NCBI GenBank assembly: GCA_964363475.1
Contig: CAYIII010000002.1
Coordinates: forward strand, 6,661 to 70,660
Reading direction: 5' to 3'
Source: an uncultured Candidatus Saccharibacteria bacterium
Lineage (GTDB): Bacteria > Patescibacteriota > Minisyncoccia > UBA6257 > UBA11618
Length of the DNA stretch: 64,000 bases
Shown: positions 27,755-37,681 of the stretch, piece after piece
Numbering within the stretch: the first letter of the stretch is position 1
Layout: each line of letters starts with the position of its first letter
Position numbers and translations under genes: made by a program
Notes under the pieces: generated by a model
Told to the model about the DNA's origin: nothing
Databases searched by the model: none
Seen by the model: only the letters and a program-made list of their open reading frames with translations

Positions 27755-28098
27755 AAATGATTGGCATTCAACTTATAGGTGTTGTTGTCGGATTGGCGGC
27801 TATTCATCTTACTTATCTCTATTATAAAAGGTCTAATTTTACTAAAAAAGAATTGTTTTTTTGGGGATTTATTTGGCTAACCTTCGTTTTTGTTTCTGTT
27901 TTTCCCAGAAGCGTATCTCCTCTAGTCGGTTATTTGGGCTTGAGTAGGCCGATGGATTTAATAATGATTGTCGCTTTTGTTATTTTATTTATGCTTACCT
28001 TTCATAATTACATAGTCAATAGACAGCAAAAACAGAAATTAGAAAGATTAGTTAGAGAATTAGCGCTGAAGGATATAGATGGTAATGAGTTCCGTTAA
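27736..28098 (+). CDS. Small integral membrane protein associated with the GT2 gene (DUF2304/GtrA-like candidate)
   Basis: 120 aa, 3-4 TM helices, basic C-terminal tail; 4-nt-scale overlaps with its neighbours. Confidence 0.4.
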   Translation: MAYNAIKMIGIQLIGVVVGLAAIHLTYLYYKRSNFTKKELFFWGFIWLTFVFVSVFPRSVSPLVGYLGLSRPMDLIMIVAFVILFMLTFHNYIVNRQQKQKLERLVRELALKDIDGNEFR

Positions 28099-29227
28099 AA
28101 GTATTTTGATTTTTGCCGCTTTTTACCATCCCTATAAAGGCGGTTATGTTGAAAGCATTCATGGATTATCTGTCGGGCTTCTGCAAAGAGGATATGAAAT
28201 CACCATCGTTGCTTGTGGTGAGCAGGGTCGAACCACTTGTGGTGAGATAGATGGGATTAAATTGTATAATTTGTCTTGCTGGAATCCGGATTGGTTAAAT
28301 AATAGTTTTCCTATTCCTCACCCATACAGCGTTTATAAGGTATTAAAAATTCTATATAAAAAAAATTTTGATTATATTTTAACCAATACCCGTTTTTTTA
28401 TTTCAACATGGCTCGGCTTTATTTTTGGCAAATCGCTTGGATTGCCGGTGATTCACATAGAAAGAGGCGGCCAACATTCTTCAACCGGAAATTTGTTTAT
28501 TAATTTTGTGGCTAAAATAGTAGACCACACTATCGGTTTCATTATTGTCCGTTTTTCTAATGTTGTTGTCGGCGTGTCAGAAGCCACCTGTTCTTTTTTA
28601 TTGCATCTTGGGGCTGTTAAACCTGTCAAAATTTATAATGGAATTAGCGTGGCGCCTGAAAAAAATGTAATTTATAAAAATAATTTGCCGTATAAAATTA
28701 CTTTTGTTGGCCGCTTAATTTATGCGAAAGGACTAACTGAATTGGTTCAGGCAACTGCATCTCTTTCGGATAATATAATTGTGCAAATAATTGGAGGCGG
28801 CCCATATAAAAAAGATTTGGAGAAAATAATTAATGAACTAAAGCTCAATAAAAAAATTATTTTTTTAGGGGAATTGAATCACCAAGAAATAATAAATATT
28901 CTTTTAGAATCAACTATTTTTATTAATCCTTCATATTCAGAGGGCCTACCTCGCTGTGTATTAGAGGCTGGTTCTGTTGGGCTTCCCGTTATTGCCACTG
29001 ATGTGGGCGGCACCAAAGAAATAATTTGCAATGAAGAACACGGCATTTTAATAATTCCAAAAAATATTGAAGCGATTATCGTAAGTATTAATAAATTAAT
29101 CAATGATATTGACTTAAGAGAGAGATTGGGAAGAAATTTAAAAAATCGCGTCAAGTTAGTTTTTAACTGGGATGAAATTGTCTCAAGATATGAAAAAGAA
29201 TGTTTTAATACTCACAACATTTTATAA
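28079..29227 (+). CDS. GT4 (GT-B fold) glycosyltransferase
   Basis: 382 aa; EGLPRCVLEAGSVGLPVIATDVGG (the E-x7-E motif region). Confidence 0.8.
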   Translation: MVMSSVKSILIFAAFYHPYKGGYVESIHGLSVGLLQRGYEITIVACGEQGRTTCGEIDGIKLYNLSCWNPDWLNNSFPIPHPYSVYKVLKILYKKNFDYILTNTRFFISTWLGFIFGKSLGLPVIHIERGGQHSSTGNLFINFVAKIVDHTIGFIIVRFSNVVVGVSEATCSFLLHLGAVKPVKIYNGISVAPEKNVIYKNNLPYKITFVGRLIYAKGLTELVQATASLSDNIIVQIIGGGPYKKDLEKIINELKLNKKIIFLGELNHQEIINILLESTIFINPSYSEGLPRCVLEAGSVGLPVIATDVGGTKEIICNEEHGILIIPKNIEAIIVSINKLINDIDLRERLGRNLKNRVKLVFNWDEIVSRYEKECFNTHNIL

Positions 29228-30293
29228 GCCGTTTATTGGCGGGGCTGAAGTTTTTGTAGAAGAGATTACTAAAAGACTAAATAAAGATTTTAATTTTTTT
29301 ATTTTCACCACAAAAAACTTAAAGAATCTTCCCAGAAAAGAAATTATTGATAACACAGTGATTTATCGTCTGGGTTTTGGTTCTAAATACGATAAGTTTT
29401 TTTTTCCTTTTTTAGCGTTGATAAAAAGTTATTCCGTTAATTTTGATTTCTCATACGCTATTATGGCAAGTTACGCCGGCGCGGCGGCTCTCTTAATTAA
29501 ATTTTTTAGAAGAAAAGAATACATATTAAATATGCAAAGCGGAACTTTAGATACTAAAAATTATTTAAAAATATTAAAACTTTTTTGGTTTTTTTACAAA
29601 AAAATACACACCGAAGCATTATTTATTCATGTTATAAGCAATGCTCTTAAAGAAAGGGCCATAAAATTTGGCGTACCAATAAATAAAATATTTCTTATTC
29701 CTAACGGAATAGATTTGAGTAATTTCAAAGTATTGAGTTTGAATAGAAATTATTGGCAAATGATTTCGGTAGCCAATTTAAAAAAAGTAAAAGGACTGGA
29801 ATATCTTTTGCGTGCCATGCCAATAATAACGACCAAATTTCCTCAAGTAAAACTTTTATTAGTTGGTGATGGAGAGGAAAGAATTTTTTTGGAGAATTTA
29901 GTTAATGATTTAAAGATAGAAAATCATGTCCAATTTTTAGGTACGATTTGTCGCGATAAAATACCTGATATTTTGAATCATTCTAATATCTTTATCGGGC
30001 CTTCTTTAGCAGAGGGCCTGGGAATCGCTTTTTTGGAAGCCATGGCCTGCGGGGCTATTGTTATTGGCACAAAAGTTGGAGGGATTTGTGATATTATCAA
30101 AAATCATTATAATGGTCTATTAATAGAGCCCGCCAATTATATGGAGATTGCAAATAGCGTTTTATATCTATTAGAAAATAAAACCGTGTTGGAATCTTTA
30201 AGAAGCAATGCTTTAAAATTTGTTAAGGAATATGATTGGAATATTATTTCTTTTTCCATAAAATCATTGCTGGAAAAATATGAAAAAAGTTAG
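29172..30293 (+). CDS. GT4 glycosyltransferase
   Basis: 373 aa; EGLGIAFLEAMACGAIVIGTKVGG. Confidence 0.8.
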   Translation: MKLSQDMKKNVLILTTFYKPFIGGAEVFVEEITKRLNKDFNFFIFTTKNLKNLPRKEIIDNTVIYRLGFGSKYDKFFFPFLALIKSYSVNFDFSYAIMASYAGAAALLIKFFRRKEYILNMQSGTLDTKNYLKILKLFWFFYKKIHTEALFIHVISNALKERAIKFGVPINKIFLIPNGIDLSNFKVLSLNRNYWQMISVANLKKVKGLEYLLRAMPIITTKFPQVKLLLVGDGEERIFLENLVNDLKIENHVQFLGTICRDKIPDILNHSNIFIGPSLAEGLGIAFLEAMACGAIVIGTKVGGICDIIKNHYNGLLIEPANYMEIANSVLYLLENKTVLESLRSNALKFVKEYDWNIISFSIKSLLEKYEKS

Positions 30294-30894
30294 AAAAATA
30301 AAATCTTTAATTTTTTATACGGTTTCATTTTTAATGATAATTTTAATCTCTATATTTTTTTCGTCTTTAGTTACTTTAAATGTCATTTATTCTTGCTCTA
30401 ATCAAATAAGAAACGGTTATTTATCGGAATTTTTATGTGGTGATGTTGGGAAGACAGTAGAGGAAATTAAAGAAGATGAGTTTGTTTGGATAAAGCCAGA
30501 AGATATTTTACGAGCGTATTCTAATGATATTTTAGAGATAAATGAAAAAAGCAAAGCCGACAAATTAATTGATGGAGACATTAACACCGGCGCTTATCCC
30601 GGAAACAAGCAATTTGATTACATAGTTGAATTCATAGACGAGTACGAAATAAGTAGAATAGAGCTTATTTGGGGCGGCAGTGGAACGAGCAGACAACATA
30701 TCCAAGAATGGTCTTTAGAGTCCAAGTCCGGTTTATTGGGAGAATGGCAAGTTGTGGCTGGCGAGAAAGAATCTCTGGGCACGGAAAAAACGGTTTTAGA
30801 TATAAATATAAAAGCGGACTCTATAAAAATTCGTGCGAGTTCTCAAGATAATTGGATTGGAATTTTAGAGGTAAAAATCTTAAGAAAATCTTAG
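30280..30894 (+). CDS. Membrane-anchored protein with discoidin (F5/8 type C) carbohydrate-binding-like domain
   Basis: 204 aa; N-terminal TM; LIDGDINTGAYPGNKQFDYIVEFIDEYEISRIELIWGG...WQVVAG resembles the discoidin-domain consensus (xIDGdxxTxW...vDLg...i.xv.l.W). Confidence 0.45.
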   Translation: MKKVRKIKSLIFYTVSFLMIILISIFFSSLVTLNVIYSCSNQIRNGYLSEFLCGDVGKTVEEIKEDEFVWIKPEDILRAYSNDILEINEKSKADKLIDGDINTGAYPGNKQFDYIVEFIDEYEISRIELIWGGSGTSRQHIQEWSLESKSGLLGEWQVVAGEKESLGTEKTVLDINIKADSIKIRASSQDNWIGILEVKILRKS

Positions 30895-32968
30895 ATAAGG
30901 GAATAATCAGTAGGCAAGAAAAAAACAATAAAAATGGCATTAACGGCACGGAATGTCTTCGTTGGTCGACGGCAAAAAGGATAATAGTTGCGAGATGAGT
31001 CCATATAAATCCTCCGGTAATTAAATAATCCTTTCTTTTAGCCATTTTGGAAAATAAACTAGGTTTTAAAATAAATAAAATAGAGCAGACAAGGAATAGG
31101 ACAAACGGAATGGAGAGCCAAAGAGTTGCCTCGCTGGCACTAAAACCCAAAAAATAAAATAATCTTTGCGTTATTAATCTTAAATAGTCCAACGGCTGTT
31201 CTAATATCCACTGGATTGACGGAAAAGCTCTTGAGTCAAAAAAAATATTAGCAAAATTCATTACTGTATCGTAGTTTTTTTCTAAAGGCACATAATTATT
31301 AGGCACATGATTGGCTTGAACAAAATTAATTGTAACCGCTGGTTCTGATATTAAAATAAATTTACCGGTTAATAACCAATTTCTAGCCAAAAATGGTATT
31401 AATGGCAATATTATTCCTGTTACAAAAATAACAAACGGGACTAAAAAATATTTTTTAAAACTAAATATGAACCATAAAAATATAACCAGCATCATCGCCG
31501 CCATATTATTTCTCATTAGAATGCTTAATCCTAAAAATATTCCGGCCGTAAAAAAGTAAATCAAAGCCCCCCACTTTTTATTTTTATTGTCGCTAATTTT
31601 TCTTTCTGCTAGAAAAAGAAACAATATCACTAATGCTATTAGCAGTGTGCCAACAGGAAACATCTGAAACGCTTGTTTAAGCGTAATTGGATTGAGGGCA
31701 ATTAATACTAAAAGGGGTAAAAATATCAAAGAATCTTTTTTTATAAATAATTTACAAATCCAAACGACTATCAATGCTGCCAAAAGAACTGAAATTAATT
31801 GGAAAAATATTATAGGGAATAATGGCTCTCCCATTAGATAATGAGCAATAACTAGGGCGTGATAATATAAAATTTGATAATAATAACCGTAACCTGTTTC
31901 TAGGGCGCTCATACTCCAATTACCTGTTAATTGAACGTGTCTTGCAAATGTCTCATAAGTTAAAGGATCATTGCCGGTAATTAAAACATTAAAATATTCC
32001 GAATTTATTTGACCAAGTAATTTTTTTATCAATAAACCGAAACTCAATAAAAAAGACATAAAAATATAAAAACGCAAAGATAAGAACCATCCCTTCCAAT
32101 TTTCTTTATAAATAAGCAGGGTTAGAATTATTAAAATAAGTAAAAATATTATAATTTTTATAAAATTATCAATAAAATTTACGACATTATCACTATATAT
32201 TTGAAAATTTGAGTATTTTTGAGGGAAAAGACGGGTATTTAAAATATCAAGTTTTAAAAATTGCGTTGTTCCCTGTCCCCTGTGATAAATTAATTCTATC
32301 GGAACTAATTTATCAGTCGCATTTAATTCAATATGCTTATTATTTTTTTGAATGCTTAATTGGTCACTTCCTTGAACATCTAAAATTTTATCTTTATTTA
32401 TATATAATTCCGCCCTATTATCGGTAGATAAATCAATTTTTAAGGCACTTAAACCTGGATTATAAATATAACCTTTCCAGACAACGCTAATAGGAATAGT
32501 ATGGCTTCTTATATTGGGGTCATTAAATTTTGTATTATTATTTAAAAACCAAAACTGAAATGGTTTTTTATGGAAAGAATATCCAATACTTTCAAAATTA
32601 ATTTCCTCATCAATTCTTGTGCCGTCTATTTTGGGATTTATGAATTCGGTGGATTTCTGCAAAACCCCGTTTTCAATTGACGGTTGATAGTAATAACCCA
32701 TTAATCCTTCCGGTAAAGAAATAATTCCGAGCAATATTTTTATTATTATAATCAGCAGTATTATATAACTTGCTGGTCGCAATATTAAAACGTGTTTTTT
32801 TTGAAAATTTTTAAACTGAGGCAAGAAAAAAATAAAAAAAGCAGCTAATAAAACTAAAAAAAACAATTCATGAAATTGGCTTAATGGAATTCCGTCAAAC
32901 CAGCCATTTCTGCCAGAGATAATAAAGAATAAAACACATAAAAGAAAAATCAGCACATTGATAGTCAA
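30821..32968 (-). CDS. Large polytopic membrane protein with PA14-like extracytoplasmic insert (GT-C superfamily, GT39/GT83-like candidate)
   Basis: 715 aa; 2 TM, then a ~180-aa soluble insert (IDGTRIDEEINFESIGYSF...VVWKGYIYNPGLSALKIDLSTDNRAELYINKDKIL, PA14-like), then more than 10 TM helices. Confidence 0.45.
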   Translation of the reverse strand: MTINVLIFLLCVLFFIISGRNGWFDGIPLSQFHELFFLVLLAAFFIFFLPQFKNFQKKHVLILRPASYIILLIIIIKILLGIISLPEGLMGYYYQPSIENGVLQKSTEFINPKIDGTRIDEEINFESIGYSFHKKPFQFWFLNNNTKFNDPNIRSHTIPISVVWKGYIYNPGLSALKIDLSTDNRAELYINKDKILDVQGSDQLSIQKNNKHIELNATDKLVPIELIYHRGQGTTQFLKLDILNTRLFPQKYSNFQIYSDNVVNFIDNFIKIIIFLLILIILTLLIYKENWKGWFLSLRFYIFMSFLLSFGLLIKKLLGQINSEYFNVLITGNDPLTYETFARHVQLTGNWSMSALETGYGYYYQILYYHALVIAHYLMGEPLFPIIFFQLISVLLAALIVVWICKLFIKKDSLIFLPLLVLIALNPITLKQAFQMFPVGTLLIALVILFLFLAERKISDNKNKKWGALIYFFTAGIFLGLSILMRNNMAAMMLVIFLWFIFSFKKYFLVPFVIFVTGIILPLIPFLARNWLLTGKFILISEPAVTINFVQANHVPNNYVPLEKNYDTVMNFANIFFDSRAFPSIQWILEQPLDYLRLITQRLFYFLGFSASEATLWLSIPFVLFLVCSILFILKPSLFSKMAKRKDYLITGGFIWTHLATIILFAVDQRRHSVPLMPFLLFFSCLLIIPLSKIFLRFLPLKFQSNYLENSHEFL

Positions 32969-33013
32969 TCTCGCATAGTTTGATATTCAAAACAAGTACT
33001 ATAGAATGAGGAA

Positions 33014-33712
33014 ATGAATAATAAGCTATCTCGAGTTTCTTTCTTTTGCCCGGCTTATTTTGAAGAAAAAAACTTGCCGATTCTTATTCCCAAAGCTATT
33101 TCTTTATTATCAAAAATTGCCGATCAATTTGAAATTATCATCGTTGAAGATGGCAGTCCCGATAAAACTGGGGAAGTGGCTGATAATTTATCAAGTAAAT
33201 ATCCTTGCGTCAGAGTTATACATCATCATCATAATCTTGGTTATGGCGCGTCTTTAAGAGACGGATTTTGTAATGCTAAGTATGAATATATAATGTATAC
33301 TGACGGAGATAATCAATATGATATTGATGAATTTATACCTTATATGCACTTGCTGTCTGACGCAGACATTATTAGTGGATATGCTACCAAAAAAGCTTTA
33401 ACGCCTTTAAGAAAAACTCAATCAGCCATATTTAATTTATTGGTCAAAATTTTATTTTTTGTAAATATTAAAGATATTAATTGCTCAATGAAGATTTATA
33501 AGAGGAAAGTTTTGGATTTAGTGTCCATAAAAAGCACTAGCGCATTTATTGATGCCGAAATGCTTATTAAGGCCAGTAGATTAGGTTTTACGATTGCGCA
33601 ATTTCCCGTTACTCATTATCCGAGAAATAGCGGTGTGGCTAGCGGCTCTAATCCCGGCGTTATTGTTTCTACAATAAAAGATATGTTTAAGTTTAGGTTT
33701 GGATTGCTCTGA
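33014..33712 (+). CDS. GT2 glycosyltransferase, polyprenol-phosphate sugar synthase-like
   Basis: 232 aa; CPAYFEEKNL...IIVEDGSPDKTGEVA...YTDGDNQYD. Confidence 0.75.
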   Translation: MNNKLSRVSFFCPAYFEEKNLPILIPKAISLLSKIADQFEIIIVEDGSPDKTGEVADNLSSKYPCVRVIHHHHNLGYGASLRDGFCNAKYEYIMYTDGDNQYDIDEFIPYMHLLSDADIISGYATKKALTPLRKTQSAIFNLLVKILFFVNIKDINCSMKIYKRKVLDLVSIKSTSAFIDAEMLIKASRLGFTIAQFPVTHYPRNSGVASGSNPGVIVSTIKDMFKFRFGLL

Positions 33713-34625
33713 TCAGATTATGACAAAAAATAATGTAATGTTAGTAACTGGTTGTGGTGGAATGTTAGGGGAAGCCGTCTATAATTTTTTTAAAGATAAG
33801 TGTAAGGTTTTTGCTACCGATATTGATATTAATGAAAAGTGGCTGTCCTATTTAGATGTTAATTCCGTGTCATCTTTAAAGAAAACCTGCGATAAAATAA
33901 AACCAAATTTTATAATTCATTTAGTCGCCTTAACTGATTTGGAATATTGTGAATCTAATCCGGAAAAGGCCTATCAAATAAATACTTGGGGTGTTTATAA
34001 TGTTGTTGCGGAAGCTCATAAGAGAAAAATTCCTCTTGTTTGCATGTCTACTGCCGGCGTTTTTGACGGATTAAAAGGAAAATATAAAGAAGACGACCTG
34101 CCCAATCCAATTAGCATTTATGGCAAATCTAAATATTTAAGTGAATTAATTGCCTGTTCTTATGAAAAAGCCATTGTTATAAGAGCCGGATGGATGATAG
34201 GCGGCGGTCCTAAGAAAGACAAAAAATTTGTCAATAAAATTATACAAAAAATAAATGCGGGGAATGAAGAAATAGCCGTGGTTAATGATAAATTTGGCAG
34301 TCCTTCTTATACATATGATTTGGTTAAAGTTATGTATTTTTTATTAAAGAATAAAAAATACGGTCTTTTTCATGGTTGTTGCGGTGGAAGTTGTAATAGA
34401 CTAGACATTGCCAATCAGATTATTTCTTTAATGGGCATGAGTGATAAGATAAAAATTAAAATTGTGGATTCCAAATATTTTAATAAAGATTATTTTGCTC
34501 CTCGACCAGTTTCAGAAAATTTGATTAACTCAAAATTAAATCTAATAGGCGTCAATCTAACCAGAGATTGGCGAGATGCTTTAAAAGATTATTTAGGTAG
34601 GTTTGATTGGTTATCACACAAATGA
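33699..34625 (+). CDS. SDR-family nucleotide-sugar reductase (RmlD/dTDP-4-dehydrorhamnose-reductase-like)
   Basis: 308 aa; VTGCGGMLG Rossmann, YGKSK (YxxxK). Confidence 0.6.
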   Translation: MDCSDQIMTKNNVMLVTGCGGMLGEAVYNFFKDKCKVFATDIDINEKWLSYLDVNSVSSLKKTCDKIKPNFIIHLVALTDLEYCESNPEKAYQINTWGVYNVVAEAHKRKIPLVCMSTAGVFDGLKGKYKEDDLPNPISIYGKSKYLSELIACSYEKAIVIRAGWMIGGGPKKDKKFVNKIIQKINAGNEEIAVVNDKFGSPSYTYDLVKVMYFLLKNKKYGLFHGCCGGSCNRLDIANQIISLMGMSDKIKIKIVDSKYFNKDYFAPRPVSENLINSKLNLIGVNLTRDWRDALKDYLGRFDWLSHK

Positions 34626-35296
34626 AAATTTGTTTGTCATTTCACACCGAACGATTGCATGATGATAAAACTTGGAGCCAAATTAAATGGCTTGTTGAAT
34701 TATTAAATAAATTTAATATCCGAGCCGTGTGGTTTTCTGTTAACCCAACCTTTTTCCTTTATAAGGAAATGGGGTTTGATGAAAAAAAATGGATTGAAAG
34801 GCTTAAGTATTTGTCTAGTCATAACCAAAAAATAGAACAACACACAACTTTTTATTTTAAAAATAAACAAGAATGTAATTTAGAACCAAATTATATCAGA
34901 AAGAGATTATTAGAAGATAAAAAATGGCTTGAAAATCATGGACATTGCATCTCTGGTTTTGTGAGCGGGACTTGGATAATTAATAATGACGTAATTAATG
35001 CTTTGAATGAATTAAATTATAAATATGATTGCACGGCTCGGATGTTTAACTTGAATTATCTTAAAAATAATCCTAATCAGATGATTATTAATAATCCTAT
35101 AAAAATTGGTAATATTTGGGAAATTCCCACAACAGCTCCCGTCAAATATATTTTTTTAAAATCTAAAGGCAATTATAAAATGGTTTATCTTCATGATTAT
35201 GATTTAAATAATTTTATAATTAGAAATTTATTAAAAGCATTCATTATATTAAACAGTAAAAAACAATTTGTAACTCCTTTGGAACTTAATATATGA
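34607..35296 (+). CDS. Hypothetical protein (possibly polysaccharide-deacetylase-like)
   Basis: 229 aa; no confident motif. Confidence 0.3.
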   Translation: MVITQMKICLSFHTERLHDDKTWSQIKWLVELLNKFNIRAVWFSVNPTFFLYKEMGFDEKKWIERLKYLSSHNQKIEQHTTFYFKNKQECNLEPNYIRKRLLEDKKWLENHGHCISGFVSGTWIINNDVINALNELNYKYDCTARMFNLNYLKNNPNQMIINNPIKIGNIWEIPTTAPVKYIFLKSKGNYKMVYLHDYDLNNFIIRNLLKAFIILNSKKQFVTPLELNI

Positions 35297-35991
35297 CATC
35301 CTTAAATATAAGAGAATTGATTTCCAAAAGAGGTTGTTTTGATAAAAAAGAAAATCTTCGTATTTATGATAAATTTTTTAAAAAAACTCCTAGAACCTTT
35401 CGAATGCCACTGCAAAAATACCAATTATACGAAAAGAAAGTTTTAGATATCGGCTGTAGTTATGGTCAGTATTTGATTCGTTTCGGTCCTGAATCTGTTG
35501 GTATTGACATTCAAGAGAAAATGATTAATTTTGGTAGGGGTTTGGGATTGCAAATAATAAAATCAGATGTTGATAAGGACATAGCTGTATCAAACAACTC
35601 TTTCGATGCTATTTGGTGTTCTAATCTATTAGAACATGTAATTTCTCCACATAAATTTTTAAAGATTTGTCACGATAAGTTAAATTCTCAAGGACTGCTT
35701 TTTATAAAAGTTCCGTTAATCCCCTCTCTTTTTGTAGATTTTATTTATAGTAAAATTTTTGGTGATGTTGGTTACAGGCAAAGCGAGCATATTTATGCTT
35801 ATACCAAAAAATCCATTGAGTTTATCGTTAATAGGGCTGGTTTTAGGGTAATCGAAGGAAATATTTTTTTGTTTTCCAATAAGTTACTAGATAGATTATT
35901 AAATCCCCCACTATCCCGTTTAAATCTTACTATAACAATAGTGGCAAAAAAGATTGACAACTTTTCTTTATCAGAAAAACGACCCGTATGA
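35293..35991 (+). CDS. Class I SAM-dependent methyltransferase
   Basis: 232 aa; motif I VLDIGCSYGQY. Confidence 0.75.
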   Translation: MTSLNIRELISKRGCFDKKENLRIYDKFFKKTPRTFRMPLQKYQLYEKKVLDIGCSYGQYLIRFGPESVGIDIQEKMINFGRGLGLQIIKSDVDKDIAVSNNSFDAIWCSNLLEHVISPHKFLKICHDKLNSQGLLFIKVPLIPSLFVDFIYSKIFGDVGYRQSEHIYAYTKKSIEFIVNRAGFRVIEGNIFLFSNKLLDRLLNPPLSRLNLTITIVAKKIDNFSLSEKRPV

Positions 35992-36590
35992 AATATAAAA
36001 TCGTCACTCATCCTCATGACCACAAGAAAGAAAAGGACTGGGTAATTATTTTAGATTTTATTAATAAAAATATAAAAAGTTATAATTTAAAAAAGACCTT
36101 AGAATTGGGTGCTGGCATGGGTAATATTTCTTCTTATTTCGCCTCTCAAGGTGTTATCGCTTTTGCTGAAGATACTAATTTAGAATATTTAAATATCATT
36201 CAGAATAGAAACTCGTTAATATCAGTTTTACAGCACGATATTAATAATCCTCTCCCATTTTCTGATAATAGTTTTGATTTAGTTTCTTGTATTGGTACTT
36301 TACATTACGGATATATTAAAAACTTGCCGTTAATTTGGAACGAAATGATTCGTGTATCTAATAGATATATATTAGTGGATTTTTTTTCTAAATATTCTAT
36401 TTATCGGTTTTTAGAAAGAATTTATAATCCCCTATATAATCCTAGAACCTATTCTAAAAAAGAAGCGTTTAATTTAATAAAAAAATTTAATTTAGATGTT
36501 GTTTCTAAAACAAGCACAAAGTCATTATCAATTATTCGGCAAACCTTTCCGTTTGCTGGCAAGGCCGCTTATTTTCTTCTAGAAAAATAA
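35988..36590 (+). CDS. Class I SAM-dependent methyltransferase
   Basis: 200 aa; motif I TLELGAGMGNIS. Confidence 0.7.
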   Translation: MKYKIVTHPHDHKKEKDWVIILDFINKNIKSYNLKKTLELGAGMGNISSYFASQGVIAFAEDTNLEYLNIIQNRNSLISVLQHDINNPLPFSDNSFDLVSCIGTLHYGYIKNLPLIWNEMIRVSNRYILVDFFSKYSIYRFLERIYNPLYNPRTYSKKEAFNLIKKFNLDVVSKTSTKSLSIIRQTFPFAGKAAYFLLEK

Positions 36591-36595
36591 AGTTT

Positions 36596-37681
36596 ATGAA
36601 AATATTATTGATTACCAGTATTTTTCCTCCCGACATCGGAGGTCCGGCCGGTTATGTCTTTAATTTATTTAATGGATTGCGTCAGCTGAATCACGATGTA
36701 GATGTTATTGCTTACGGGAAAGACATATCTAAAAAATATCCTCTGCCTCTAAGAATGTTATTTTTTCTATTCTTAATTTTACAAAAAGGGAGAAAATATA
36801 ATTTATTTTATGCTCATGGAGGGTTATCGTCCACATTGCCGGCATTATTGGCGTGCAGATTATTAGGAAAAAAAATTGGAGTTAAGGTTACCGGTGACTA
36901 TGCATGGGAACAATCCACTAATTTAGGATTGGTTACGGATGACATAGATATTTTTCAGACAAAAAAATACGGTTTTTTTATTAAGATATTAAAATTATCG
37001 CAAAATTTTGTAGTCAAAAATTCTGATTTTATTGTTGCGCCAAGTCAATATTTAAAAAAAATGGTTGGCGAATGGGGAGTAAAGGAAGAAAAAATTTATA
37101 TTATATATAATTCGGTAATAATAAATTATTTACCGAGTATCCCCAAAGACGAATTCCAATATATATTATCCGTCGGTCGTTTAGTTTCTTGGAAAGGATT
37201 TGACGCGCTAATTGAGGCCTTTTCCGAAATTCGCGGTGATTTTACTAATTTAAAGTTAGTTATAGTTGGCGATGGGCCGCTCTTGTTTCGTCTCAAGGAA
37301 TTAGCAAAAAAAACTTCCTGCTCCGATAGTATTTTATTTACCGGAGCATTAAATAAAGAAGATGTTTTTCAATGGTATGCCAGAGCCAGTTGTTTTGTTT
37401 TATTTTCGGGATATGAGGGCTTGTCTCATGTTCTTTTGGAGGCGTTATCTTTTAAATTGCCGGTTATTGCAAGTGACAAAGGAGGCAATAAGGAACTTAT
37501 ACAAAATGGAATTAACGGCTTCTTAGTTCCTTGGAAGAATAAAGAATTATTAAAAAAATCTTTATATGATGTTTGCAATAACAAGAATTGTGTTATCAGG
37601 CCCGGATTGTTAAATAATCAGATTTTTTCTTGGCAATTTATGTTAAATTCCACGGTTAATCTTTTACAAAAATTTTCATGA
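36596..37681 (+). CDS. GT4 glycosyltransferase
   Basis: 361 aa; YEGLSHVLLEALSFKLPVIASDKGG. Confidence 0.8.
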   Translation: MKILLITSIFPPDIGGPAGYVFNLFNGLRQLNHDVDVIAYGKDISKKYPLPLRMLFFLFLILQKGRKYNLFYAHGGLSSTLPALLACRLLGKKIGVKVTGDYAWEQSTNLGLVTDDIDIFQTKKYGFFIKILKLSQNFVVKNSDFIVAPSQYLKKMVGEWGVKEEKIYIIYNSVIINYLPSIPKDEFQYILSVGRLVSWKGFDALIEAFSEIRGDFTNLKLVIVGDGPLLFRLKELAKKTSCSDSILFTGALNKEDVFQWYARASCFVLFSGYEGLSHVLLEALSFKLPVIASDKGGNKELIQNGINGFLVPWKNKELLKKSLYDVCNNKNCVIRPGLLNNQIFSWQFMLNSTVNLLQKFS

